Numbered from the stretch's first letter, positions 1-9,091 are shown. The stretch is DNA of 13,527 bases from Candidatus Krumholzibacteriia bacterium (GCA_036351155.1 JAZBOO010000014.1:1-13527); one strand, 5' to 3'. Notes: generated by a model from the sequence alone, not told the origin. Numbers and translations are program-made.

Positions 1-3000
1 AAACAACGCAACCGTCACCCTGACAAGCACTTCAGCTGATGCTGCGACAATGCAGTTCAGCAACGATGGAGTAACCTATTCCACAGAAACAGCTTATGCT
101 GAAACGTTCTCCTGGGATCTGGCCGGCAGCGAAGGTCTGAATACCGTCTACGCGCGGTACTACGACGAGGCCGGGAACCTGACCGAGGCCGAGCAGAGCA
201 TCACCCTCGATACGATTCCTCCCACCGCCAGCTTCGTGATCAACGGCGGGGCTACCCTGACCAACAATGCCTCCGTGGAGCTGACCAGCACCAGTGCCGA
301 TGCCGCGCAGATGCAGTTCAGCAACGATGGCAGCACCTGGTCCACCCTGGAGGACTTCGCCAACACCTACGCCTGGGACCTGGCGGGCGTCGAAGGGGTC
401 AACACCGTTTACGCCCAGTTCTGGGATGCGGCGGGGAACATGACCCCGGCCCAGCAAACCATCACCCTCGATACGGTGGCGCCGTCGGCCAGCTTCGTCA
501 TCAACGGCGGTGACGACTACACCGGCTCGACCACGGTGACCCTGACCAGCACCAGCGCCGATGCCGCCACCATGCAGTTCAGCAATGATGGCTCAACCTA
601 CCTTCCGGCAGTACCTTACGCCGAAACCTACAGCTGGAACCTGAGCGGAGATGAAGGCCTGAATACTGTATACGGCCGCTACTTCGACCTGGCCGGAAAC
701 CCGGTAGAAGTTACAAATACAATCACTTACGACATCACACCGCCAGTTGTGAACTTCATGATCAACGGCGGAGCCACGCTGACCAACAGCGCCACCGTGG
801 AACTGACCAGCACAGCCACCGATGCGGTGACCATGCAGTTCAGCAACGATGGCTCAATTTATTCAACCATAACGCCTTACGCCGAAACTTTCGAGTGGGT
901 GCTGGGTGGTGCAGAAGGGTCGAATACTGTATACGCCCGGTATTATGATGCTGCAGGCAATGAGACGGCCTTGAACGCCTCCATCGACCTGGACACGGTG
1001 CCTCCATCGGCCACATTCGTGATCAACGGGGGGCTCACATTGACCAACAACGCTGCCGTGGAACTGACCAGCACCAGCGCCGACGCCGCGCAGATGCAGT
1101 TCAGCAACGACGGCAGCACCTGGTCCGCGCTCGTCGACTTCGCCAACACCTACGCCTGGGACCTGGCGGGCGTCGAGGGAGTCAACACCGTTTACGCCCA
1201 GTTCTGGGATGCGGCGGGGAACATGACTCCCTTCCAGCAAACCATCACCCTGGACACGGTGGCACCCACGGCCAGCTTCGTCATCAACGGTGGTGACGAT
1301 TACACCGGCTCCACCACGGTGACTCTGACCAGCACCAGCGCCGACGCGGCCACCATGCAGTTCAGCAATGATGGCACAACTTATTCCGGCGCAGTCCCTT
1401 ACGAGGAAATCTACGCCTGGAACCTGAGTGGGACGGAAGGACTGAATACTGTATACGGCCGATATTTCGACGCGGCCGGAAACCCAGTAGATGCCACAGA
1501 TACAATCACTTACGACATCACGCCACCCACAGCCAGCTTCGTCATCAACGGCGGGGCCGCCCTGACCAACAACGCCACCGTGGAACTCACCAGCACGGCC
1601 ACTGACGCGGTGCAGATGCAGTTCAGCAACGATGGCAGCACCTTCACGACGCTGGAGCCCTACGCCGCCACCAGAAGCTGGGACCTGGCGGGCATCGAAG
1701 GGGTCAACAGCGTTTACGCGCAGTACTTCGATGCCGCAGGGAACATGACCCCGGCCCAGCAAACCATCACCCTGGACACGGTGTCCCCCACGGCCACTTT
1801 CGTGATCAACGGCGGGGCCTCCCTGACCAGCAACGCCACCGTGGAGCTGACCAGCACCAGCGCCGATGCAGCACAGATGCAGTTCAGCAACGACGGCAGC
1901 ACCTGGTCCGCGTTGGTCGACTTCGCCAACACTTACGCCTGGGACCTGGCGGGCATCGAGGGTGTGAACACCGTTTACGCCCAGTTCTGGGATGCGGCGG
2001 GGAACATGACTCCCTTCCAGCAAACCATCGAACTGGACACGGTGGCGCCCACGGCCAGCTTCGTGATCAACGACGGTGATCTGATCACCAACTCCACAAA
2101 TGCCAGCCTTAACCTTTCGGTCACCGACGCCACGCAGATGCGGTTCAGCAACGATGGTTCCACGTTCTCCGAGTGCACCAACCTGGACACCCCCGTGGAC
2201 TGGACGCTGGCCGGCCCCGACGGCACGGTCACGGTGTACGGCGAGTTCCGGGACGCGGCGCTCAACGTGACGCCGGCTGTGGACACGATCATGCTGGACA
2301 CCACCGCGCCCACGGGCACCTTCGTGGTGAACAACGATGATCCGGTGACGGCTGTCCCGGCCGTGACCCTGACCCTGGATGTGACCGGGGCCGCAACCAT
2401 GGAGTTCAGCAACAACGGAACCCTGTGGTCCGATGCAGAACCCTATGCGGCCACGGCCAGCTGGACCCTGGAAGGCGGCGACGGACCCAAGACGGTCCAC
2501 GCCCGCTTCACCGACCAGGCCGGCAACCAGCTGGTGGTGACCGACGACATCGCCCTGGACGGCACCGCTCCGGTGGGCTCGTTCGTCATCAACAACGACG
2601 CCACCTACACCACAGACCCGGCCGTGACCCTGAACATGTCGGTGACGGGTGCCTCTCAGATGCGCTTCAGCGCCGACGGTTCAGTCTGGACCGACTGGGA
2701 AGACTACGCCGCCACCTCCCCCTGGACCCTGACCGGTCCCGATGGCACGTTCACCGTATTCGGAGAATTCCGGGACGCGGCCATGAACACCATTGCGGAC
2801 GATGATGAAATCATCCTGGACACCACCTTCCCGGTGGCCACCCTGGTGATCAACGGCGATGACGCCTTGACCAACGATCCCGACGTGGTGCTGACCAGCA
2901 CGGTGACGGGCGCCACCCAGATGCGCTTCAGCAACAACGGCGGCGACTGGTCAGATTGGGAGCAGGTGGGTGACACCACCAGCTGGACCCTCGCGGGCAC

Positions 3001-3340
3001 CCAGGGGCTGAATACCGTATACGGCGAGTACCGCGACGAGGCGGGCAACGTCACCCCGGCGGAGGACGACATCACCCTGGATTCGCAGGCACCCGAAGGC
3101 ACCTTCGTCATCAACGGAGGTGCGGGGGTGACCAACAATGCGGCGGTGACCCTGACCATGACGGTGACCGGCGCAGACCAGATGCAGTTCAGCAACGACG
3201 GGGTGACCTATGAAGACCCGGTGGCCTATGCGACCAGCTACCCCTGGAACTTGACCGCCGGTGATGGTCCCAAGACCGTGCACGCGCGACTCACCGACAC
3301 TGCAGGAAACTTGCTGCAACTCAGTCAAGACATCACGCTG
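1..3340 (+). repeat. Intragenic tandem array of 261-nt (87-aa) Ig-like units: 12 complete plus 1 partial
   Basis: The ATG of the M(Q/R/E)FS(N/A)(D/N)G motif recurs at 50, 311, 572, 833, 1094, 1355, 1616, 1877, 2138, 2399, 2660, 2921 and 3182, an exact 261-nt spacing. Unit boundaries (Asp of the D-T/I/G/S linker) fall at 209+261k. Confidence 0.97.
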
Positions 3341-6300
3341 GACACCACGGCACCCGAGGTGCCCGTGTTGCTGGCAGAACCGGCGTTCACTGCGGGCGTT
3401 GCCAACACATTGGCCTGGGGAGATATCGGTGCTGCCAGCTACTATCTCGAGGCGGCAACCGAGGCCACATTTGCTTCGGCGGCCTTCAACTCCGGCTGGG
3501 TGGCGGCCACCGAACACACGTTCGATGCGCTGACCGACGGCCAGATCTACTACTATCGCCTCAAGGCTCAGGACGAACTGGGCAACGAGACAGACTGGTC
3601 GGGCACGGCCTTCAGTACACAGGACAGCACGGCACCGGTATCGGCCGCGGCGGCACTGGGTCCCTACCAGACCGACCTGGCCTTCACCATTCCCTGGACG
3701 GGCAGCGATGCCACCAGCGGGCTGGCCAGCGTGGAACTGTTCGTGAACAGCGGAGGGGGCTGGAGCTCGGCCGGAACCACCACCGAGGTGGATCCGCCGG
3801 TGGCTTTCACTTACACAGCCCCGGCCGAGGGCAGCTACAGCTTCGCCACGGTGGCCACCGACGGAGTGGGCTTGACCGAAACCGGCGAGCTCGAGGCCGA
3901 GGCCACCACGGCGGTGGACATCACGGCACCTGCGGGTGAGTTCGTGATCAATGGCGATGAAGAGTACACGACCGACCCCGTGGTCACCTTGACCATCGAC
4001 GTGACCGGTGCCGAGCAGATGCAGTTCAGCAACGACGGCTCCACCTGGTCCGACCTGGCCCCCTACGCGGGCACCACCGGCTGGACCCTGATGGCGGACG
4101 ATGGACCCAAGACCGTGCAGGGACGCTTCCTGGACGCGGCGGGCCTGGAACTGGTCGTCGCCGACGACATCACCCTGGACACCACGGCGCCTTCGGGCAC
4201 CCTGGTGATCAACGGCGATGCCCCGGTGACCAACAACCTCGAAGTGACGCTGACCAGTGATGTGCTGGGTGCCGATCAGATGCAGTTCAGCAATGACGGG
4301 GCCATCTGGTCCGATCCTGTTCCCTACGCCGCTACGGCGGCCTGGACCCTGACTGCAGGCGACGGCGAAAAAACCGTCAGCGGCCGTTACGTGGACGCGG
4401 CCGGCCTGGAGCTGGTGACCAGCGACACCATCAACCTGGACACCACCGCCCCCGACGTACCTGCGCTGGCAGGGGAACCTGCCTTCACCCTGGGCACCGA
4501 AAATACCCTGAGCTGGGGCGACATCGGGGCGGCGTCCTACTACCTGGAGGGCGCCACCGATGCGGCCTTCACCACGGGCCTCTTCAACTCGGACTGGGTG
4601 ACGGGCACTTCCCACACCTTCCCCGGATTGACGGACGGCCAGATCTATCACTACCGCCTGAAGGCGCGTGACGAGCTGGACAACGAGACGGACTGGTCGG
4701 GCAGCGTGTTCTCCACGCAGGACGCCACGGCTCCAGTGTCGCAGGCCGGCCCCCTCGACCCCTACCAGACCGACCCGGTCTTCAACATTCCCTGGACCGG
4801 CAGCGATGCCACAAGCGGACTGACGCAGGTGGAACTGTTCGTCGATGACGGCTCGGGCTGGACCTCGGCGGGCGTGACCACTGAAGTGGCCACGCCGGTG
4901 GCGTTCAGTTACACCGCCGCCGGTGACGGCACCTACAGCTTTGCCACGGTGGCCACCGACGGAGTGGGCCTGGTGGAAGCTGGTCCCGTCGAGGCGGACG
5001 TGACCACCACCGTCGATACCACGGCGCCCACCGGCACCCTGGTGATCAACAACGACGAAGCGCTGACCAGCAGCCTCGATGTTCAGCTGACCCTGGATGT
5101 CACCGGTGCGGACCAGATGCAGTTCAGCAACGACGGCACTGTTTGGTCCGATCCGATTCCCTACGCCACATCGGCAGCCTGGACTCTGGCGGGTCCCGAC
5201 GGTCTGGTGACGGTCAGCGGCCGGTTCGTTGATGCGGCAGGTCTGGAGCTGGTGACCAGCGACGACATCACCCTGGACACCACGGCACCGGTGGGTGGCC
5301 TGGTGATCAACGGCGACGCGGGTGTGACCAACACCACCGCGGTGACCTTGAACAGCAGCGTGATCGGTGCGGACCAGATGCAGTTCAGCAACGACGGCTC
5401 CACCTGGTCCGACCTGGCGGCCTATGCCGACAGCTACGACTGGATCCTGGCAGCTGGTGATGGGCTCAAGACCGTACAGGGCCGCTATCTGGACACTGTG
5501 GGTAACGAGCTGATCCTGAGTGACACCATCACTCTGGACACCACGGCTCCGGAGGTGCCGGTGATCGTGGCCGAGCCGCCCTTCACCGCCGGCCTGACCA
5601 ACACGGTGGCCTGGAACAACACCGGAGCGGCGGCCTACTGGGCCGAAGCCGCCACCGACGCAGCCTTCAGCAATGTGGTGGTCAACACGGGCTGGATCAC
5701 CAACACCTTCTTCGAGTTCACCGGGCTGACCGATGGACAGCAATACTTCTACCGCGTGCAAGCCAAGGACGAGCTGGACAATACCTCGGACTGGTCTGGC
5801 TCGACCCAGTCGATCCAGGATGCCACGGCGCCGGCCTCTGCAGCCGGACCGCTTGATCCGTTCCAGGCCAGCTTGACCTTCGATGTGCCCTGGTCCGGCG
5901 ACGACCTGACCAGTGGCCTGTTCAGTGTGGAGCTCTTCGTGAACGCAGGGTCAGGCTGGACCTCGGTGGGCACGACCACGCAGGTTGATCCGCCCCAGGC
6001 GTTCAGCTACAACGCTCCTGGCGAGGGAACCTATGGTTTCTACCTGGTGGCGCATGACCAGGCCGGCAACGTGGAAGGGGCTTCGGGTACCGCCGAGGTG
6101 TCCACCGTGGTGGATCTGACGGCGCCTGACGGCACCCTGGCCATCAACGGCGGGGCCCCGAGCACGGGCACGCCCGAGGTGACACTCGACAGTGCCGTCA
6201 CCGACCTGAATGGCGTGACCACCATGCGCTTCACCAACACGGACGGCACCTGGCCGGACACCTGGACGCCTTATGCGGCCTCCCTGGCCTGGACCTTGCC

Positions 6301-8233
6301 CAGCGTGGAAGGTTCACAGACCGTGTACGGGCAGTATCGCGACCCGGCCGGAAACATCTTCAACACCAGTGACAGCATCATGCTGGACCTGACGCCTCCC
6401 GGGGTGCCGGTGCTGGTGGCCGAACCCGAGTTCACGGCGGGCACCACCAACACGGTGGCCTGGTCGGATGTGGAAGCGGACGCTTACTTCGTGCAGGTGT
6501 CCGATGACGAGGGCTTCGACAACCTCGTGTTCACGTCGGGCTGGTTGACGGAGCTCAGCCGCCAGTTCACGGGCCTGTCCGATGGCGCAACCTACCACTA
6601 CCGGGTGAAGGCCCGCGACGATCTCGGCAACGAAACCGCCTGGAGCACTCCGGTCTTCTCGACCCAGGACGCGGGCAATCCCGTGTCCAACGCGCTGCAA
6701 ATGCCCACCTATCAGGGCACCGCCGACATCGTGTTGCAGTGGGTCGGCAGCGATGCCGTCAGTGGGCTGGCGAGTGTGGAGTTCTTCGTGAAATTCAACA
6801 CCGGTGACTGGACATCGGCCGGGGTGACCACCGAGGTGGACCCGCCGCAGCCCTTCACCTACACGGCGCCCGAGGCCGGGACCTACAGCTTCTACACCGT
6901 CGCCACCGACGTGGCCGGCAACGTGGAAGAAGTCACCGGCACGGTCGATGGCTACACCACCGTGGACTACACCGCGCCCGATGCGGTCGCCGGGCTGACG
7001 GCCCACCCGGGGCTGCAGTCGATCCAGCTCAGCTGGACCAACCCCGAGGCCACCGATCTGGCCAGCATCGAGGTGTGGGCGGCCCTGTGGACGGTCATTC
7101 CCGAGGTCTCGGCTTATCCCGAGTACGATGACGTGGCCGATGCGCCCGTGCGCCCGGCCAGTCGGGCCGCGGCCGATGCGGCCGAGGAGTGGGTGCTGGT
7201 CACCACGCTGGACAACAGCCAGGAGACCTTCACCCACACCGAGGGCATGAACACCCGCGGTATTTACTACTACGAGGTTTTCCTGAAGGACCAGGCGGGC
7301 AACTTCAGCGCACCGGCGACAGAGGTCACCCGGGCTACGAACTATCGTCTGGGTGATTTCAACTCCGACCAGGTCATCAACGTGGTGGACATCACCATTC
7401 TGGGTGTGGCCTACGGCACCCTGACGGGTGAGTCGGGGTACAACGCGCAGACGGACATCGGTCCCACCGACGACGGCACCGGCTACGGGGTGCCGGGGAC
7501 GGACAATGAGATCGAGTTCGAGGATCTGGCCATCATCGCGATGAACTACGGCGAAGACAAGGCAACGGTGAAAGTCGAGGGCAGTGAAGCTCCCGCGCTC
7601 ACCTGGTACCAGGTGGACGAAACGGTCTGGGCCCTGGGTCTGTTGGAACCTTGTTCCTCCCTCAAGGCTCTGCGTTTGAGGGCACAGGTCCCTGAACATG
7701 TTTCGGTGACGCTGGAACCCGGATCTGCCCTCGGCGATCTCCAGGACTACTTCCTGGACAACATCGACCGCAACGGACTGGACGCGGGCTTTGCCGTGCT
7801 GGGTCAGGGCGTGGTCTTGCCGGTGAGCGGCGAGTTGCTGAAGGTGACCACCAGCGAGCCGGTGGACCTCTCCGCCGCCGCGGTGGATGCGCGCAACGTG
7901 GACAACCAGCGGCTGGAGTTCGCGCTCTCGGCCGAGCCGATCCAGATGCTGCCCAAGGCCTACAGCCTGGGCGCCAACTACCCCAACCCCTTCAACCCCA
8001 TGACCACCATCGCCTTCGATCTGCCTGAACCGCAGCGTGTGCGCCTGGTGATCTACGATCTGAAGGGCCGTTTGATCAAGGAACTGGTCAGCGAATCCAT
8101 GGAAGCCGGCCGCCACAGCGTGGTGTGGAACGGAACCGATCGGGCCAACCGCCGCGTGGCTTCTGGTGTATACTTCTACCAGATCCAGGCGGGTCCCTTG
8201 AACGACACCCAGCGGATGCTGCTGGTGAAGTAA
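2..8233 (+). CDS. Giant repetitive secreted/surface protein, 5'-partial: 18 x ~87-aa Ig-like repeats, 4 x (FN3-like + Ig-like) pairs, FN3 with insertion, dockerin-like, cohesin-like, FlgD-Ig/T9SS-type CTD
   Basis: The frame is open from base 2 (NNATVTLTSTSADAAT then MQFSNDG), so the ATG at 50 is internal and the true start lies upstream of the window. Stop TAA at 8231-8233. Repeats carry D-T-x-A/P-P linkers, MQFSNDG and DxAGN motifs. The C-terminus reads YPNPFNPMTTIAFDLP...IYDLKGRLI...WNGTD...ASGVYFYQI...RMLLVK. Confidence 0.93.
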   Translation, partial: NNATVTLTSTSADAATMQFSNDGVTYSTETAYAETFSWDLAGSEGLNTVYARYYDEAGNLTEAEQSITLDTIPPTASFVINGGATLTNNASVELTSTSADAAQMQFSNDGSTWSTLEDFANTYAWDLAGVEGVNTVYAQFWDAAGNMTPAQQTITLDTVAPSASFVINGGDDYTGSTTVTLTSTSADAATMQFSNDGSTYLPAVPYAETYSWNLSGDEGLNTVYGRYFDLAGNPVEVTNTITYDITPPVVNFMINGGATLTNSATVELTSTATDAVTMQFSNDGSIYSTITPYAETFEWVLGGAEGSNTVYARYYDAAGNETALNASIDLDTVPPSATFVINGGLTLTNNAAVELTSTSADAAQMQFSNDGSTWSALVDFANTYAWDLAGVEGVNTVYAQFWDAAGNMTPFQQTITLDTVAPTASFVINGGDDYTGSTTVTLTSTSADAATMQFSNDGTTYSGAVPYEEIYAWNLSGTEGLNTVYGRYFDAAGNPVDATDTITYDITPPTASFVINGGAALTNNATVELTSTATDAVQMQFSNDGSTFTTLEPYAATRSWDLAGIEGVNSVYAQYFDAAGNMTPAQQTITLDTVSPTATFVINGGASLTSNATVELTSTSADAAQMQFSNDGSTWSALVDFANTYAWDLAGIEGVNTVYAQFWDAAGNMTPFQQTIELDTVAPTASFVINDGDLITNSTNASLNLSVTDATQMRFSNDGSTFSECTNLDTPVDWTLAGPDGTVTVYGEFRDAALNVTPAVDTIMLDTTAPTGTFVVNNDDPVTAVPAVTLTLDVTGAATMEFSNNGTLWSDAEPYAATASWTLEGGDGPKTVHARFTDQAGNQLVVTDDIALDGTAPVGSFVINNDATYTTDPAVTLNMSVTGASQMRFSADGSVWTDWEDYAATSPWTLTGPDGTFTVFGEFRDAAMNTIADDDEIILDTTFPVATLVINGDDALTNDPDVVLTSTVTGATQMRFSNNGGDWSDWEQVGDTTSWTLAGTQGLNTVYGEYRDEAGNVTPAEDDITLDSQAPEGTFVINGGAGVTNNAAVTLTMTVTGADQMQFSNDGVTYEDPVAYATSYPWNLTAGDGPKTVHARLTDTAGNLLQLSQDITLDTTAPEVPVLLAEPAFTAGVANTLAWGDIGAASYYLEAATEATFASAAFNSGWVAATEHTFDALTDGQIYYYRLKAQDELGNETDWSGTAFSTQDSTAPVSAAAALGPYQTDLAFTIPWTGSDATSGLASVELFVNSGGGWSSAGTTTEVDPPVAFTYTAPAEGSYSFATVATDGVGLTETGELEAEATTAVDITAPAGEFVINGDEEYTTDPVVTLTIDVTGAEQMQFSNDGSTWSDLAPYAGTTGWTLMADDGPKTVQGRFLDAAGLELVVADDITLDTTAPSGTLVINGDAPVTNNLEVTLTSDVLGADQMQFSNDGAIWSDPVPYAATAAWTLTAGDGEKTVSGRYVDAAGLELVTSDTINLDTTAPDVPALAGEPAFTLGTENTLSWGDIGAASYYLEGATDAAFTTGLFNSDWVTGTSHTFPGLTDGQIYHYRLKARDELDNETDWSGSVFSTQDATAPVSQAGPLDPYQTDPVFNIPWTGSDATSGLTQVELFVDDGSGWTSAGVTTEVATPVAFSYTAAGDGTYSFATVATDGVGLVEAGPVEADVTTTVDTTAPTGTLVINNDEALTSSLDVQLTLDVTGADQMQFSNDGTVWSDPIPYATSAAWTLAGPDGLVTVSGRFVDAAGLELVTSDDITLDTTAPVGGLVINGDAGVTNTTAVTLNSSVIGADQMQFSNDGSTWSDLAAYADSYDWILAAGDGLKTVQGRYLDTVGNELILSDTITLDTTAPEVPVIVAEPPFTAGLTNTVAWNNTGAAAYWAEAATDAAFSNVVVNTGWITNTFFEFTGLTDGQQYFYRVQAKDELDNTSDWSGSTQSIQDATAPASAAGPLDPFQASLTFDVPWSGDDLTSGLFSVELFVNAGSGWTSVGTTTQVDPPQAFSYNAPGEGTYGFYLVAHDQAGNVEGASGTAEVSTVVDLTAPDGTLAINGGAPSTGTPEVTLDSAVTDLNGVTTMRFTNTDGTWPDTWTPYAASLAWTLPSVEGSQTVYGQYRDPAGNIFNTSDSIMLDLTPPGVPVLVAEPEFTAGTTNTVAWSDVEADAYFVQVSDDEGFDNLVFTSGWLTELSRQFTGLSDGATYHYRVKARDDLGNETAWSTPVFSTQDAGNPVSNALQMPTYQGTADIVLQWVGSDAVSGLASVEFFVKFNTGDWTSAGVTTEVDPPQPFTYTAPEAGTYSFYTVATDVAGNVEEVTGTVDGYTTVDYTAPDAVAGLTAHPGLQSIQLSWTNPEATDLASIEVWAALWTVIPEVSAYPEYDDVADAPVRPASRAAADAAEEWVLVTTLDNSQETFTHTEGMNTRGIYYYEVFLKDQAGNFSAPATEVTRATNYRLGDFNSDQVINVVDITILGVAYGTLTGESGYNAQTDIGPTDDGTGYGVPGTDNEIEFEDLAIIAMNYGEDKATVKVEGSEAPALTWYQVDETVWALGLLEPCSSLKALRLRAQVPEHVSVTLEPGSALGDLQDYFLDNIDRNGLDAGFAVLGQGVVLPVSGELLKVTTSEPVDLSAAAVDARNVDNQRLEFALSAEPIQMLPKAYSLGANYPNPFNPMTTIAFDLPEPQRVRLVIYDLKGRLIKELVSESMEAGRHSVVWNGTDRANRRVASGVYFYQIQAGPLNDTQRMLLVK
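2819..6964 (+). repeat. Intragenic 1098-nt (366-aa) super-repeat A-A-B-C x3, plus a shortened A-B-C copy
   Basis: Units start at 2819, 3917, 5015 and 6113 (1098 apart). A = 87-aa Ig-like unit. B = 94-aa FN3-like unit (PxVPxLxxEPxFTxG...YxYRxxAxDxLxNxxxWS). C = 98-aa Ig-like unit (WxGxDxxSGLxxVExFV...YxFxxVAxD). The fourth copy (6113-6964) has a single A. Confidence 0.93.
7349..7552 (+). other. Dockerin-like domain (paired Ca2+-binding loop-helix) within the giant protein
   Basis: The first repeat LGDFNSDQVINVVDITIL matches the dockerin GDxNxDGx(I/V)NxxD pattern. The second, DIGPTDDGTGYGVPGTDNEIEFEDLAIIAMNYG, is a similar loop-helix with an insertion. Confidence 0.72.
7961..8230 (+). other. 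FlgD-Ig-like / T9SS (Por secretion) type A C-terminal sorting domain
   Basis: Motifs NYPNPFNP, IYDLKGRLI, WNGTD, SGVYFY and the terminal RMLLVK. Confidence 0.88.
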
Positions 8234-8260
8234 AACAACATGAACCGTGGATCGTCATAC

Positions 8261-8266
8261 GGGAGG
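8261..8266 (+). promoter_or_regulatory. Shine-Dalgarno site for the gene at 8274
   Basis: GGGAGG lies 7 nt upstream of ATG 8274. Confidence 0.8.
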
Positions 8267-8273
8267 AAATAGA

Positions 8274-9065
8274 ATGAAAAAGCAGACCCGCCAATGGCTG
8301 CTCCTGACCATTATCCTGGCCACCTTCGGGTGGTCAGGAGGTGCCCTGGGGGTTGAACTGCACTTCAGCCCCCAGGATCAGAGTATCGCCCTGGGGGGCG
8401 AAGGCAGCCTCGCGATCATGCTGGATGAGCCCCTGAACGTGCGCACCATCGAGCTGACCATTGGCTTCAGTAGTTACCTCGAGGTCACCGCCGGTGTGGC
8501 CGGCGCGGCCTTCCAGGATTTGCCCTGCTATGTGTGGGAAGAACTGGAAGATCAGGAGGGTCAGTGGTACGCCTTTGCCGTGTCCATTGGCAGCGATTGC
8601 TTCGTGACCGGACCGGGCGAACTGTTCACCTACACCTTCACCGGCCTGTCCAATGGCACGGCGCAGATCAACGTGATCAGCATCATGATGTACGATGATC
8701 AGGGTGATGTGATCCCCGATGTGAGTCTGCCGGGCACCACCGTGGTGGTGGGGACGGGGATTTCCCCGGTGGACCCGGGTGGGCCGCGCTTTCAGCCGGA
8801 AATTTCGGCCAGTCCCAACCCCTGCAACCCCCGCACTGTGCTTAAATTCTGGTTGCCCGAACCGCGCCGGGCCGACCTCGCTGTGTTCGATCTCCGCGGC
8901 CACAAGGTGCGCCAGTTGCTGTCCGGTCCGGTGGCGGGGCAGTGGACCAGCGTGCCCTGGGACGGACGCAACGACGATGGGCAGGCCGCTCCGAGCGGAG
9001 TATACCTGTACCGTTTGCTGACACCATTTGAACAGTTATCGGGCCGGATCACCCTGGCCCGCTGA
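8274..9065 (+). CDS. Secreted cohesin-like domain protein with FlgD-Ig/T9SS-type CTD (263 aa)
   Basis: RBS-supported ATG at 8274. Signal peptide MKKQTRQWLLLTIILATFGWSGGALG. Beta-rich cohesin-like domain at ~8352-8753 (LHFSP...IELTIGF...GPGELFTYTF...NGTAQI...YDDQG). CTD reads SPNPCNP...VFDLRGHKVRQL...WDGRNDDG...SGVYLYRL. Confidence 0.85.
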   Translation: MKKQTRQWLLLTIILATFGWSGGALGVELHFSPQDQSIALGGEGSLAIMLDEPLNVRTIELTIGFSSYLEVTAGVAGAAFQDLPCYVWEELEDQEGQWYAFAVSIGSDCFVTGPGELFTYTFTGLSNGTAQINVISIMMYDDQGDVIPDVSLPGTTVVVGTGISPVDPGGPRFQPEISASPNPCNPRTVLKFWLPEPRRADLAVFDLRGHKVRQLLSGPVAGQWTSVPWDGRNDDGQAAPSGVYLYRLLTPFEQLSGRITLAR

Positions 9066-9091
9066 TGGGCAATGACCCAAGGGGAGACATC

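Noticed and set aside
209..2070. Near-identical repeat copies as a possible diversity-generating retroelement TR/VR pair
   Set aside because: In the pair compared by eye (units at 572 and 1355) the differences are not adenine-specific. All copies are in frame within one CDS, and there is no reverse transcriptase in the window.
50..3340. Regularly spaced atgcagttcagcaacga repeats as a possible CRISPR array
   Set aside because: The period is 261 nt and in frame, the intervening sequences are homologous coding sequence, and no cas genes are present.
863..8116. Long minus-strand ORFs (863-2500, 2951-5761, 6314-8116 and smaller ones)
   Set aside because: These are antisense shadows of the GC3-rich repetitive giant gene. 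They are His/Gly/Arg/Val-rich, mirror the 261-nt period and have no independent motifs.
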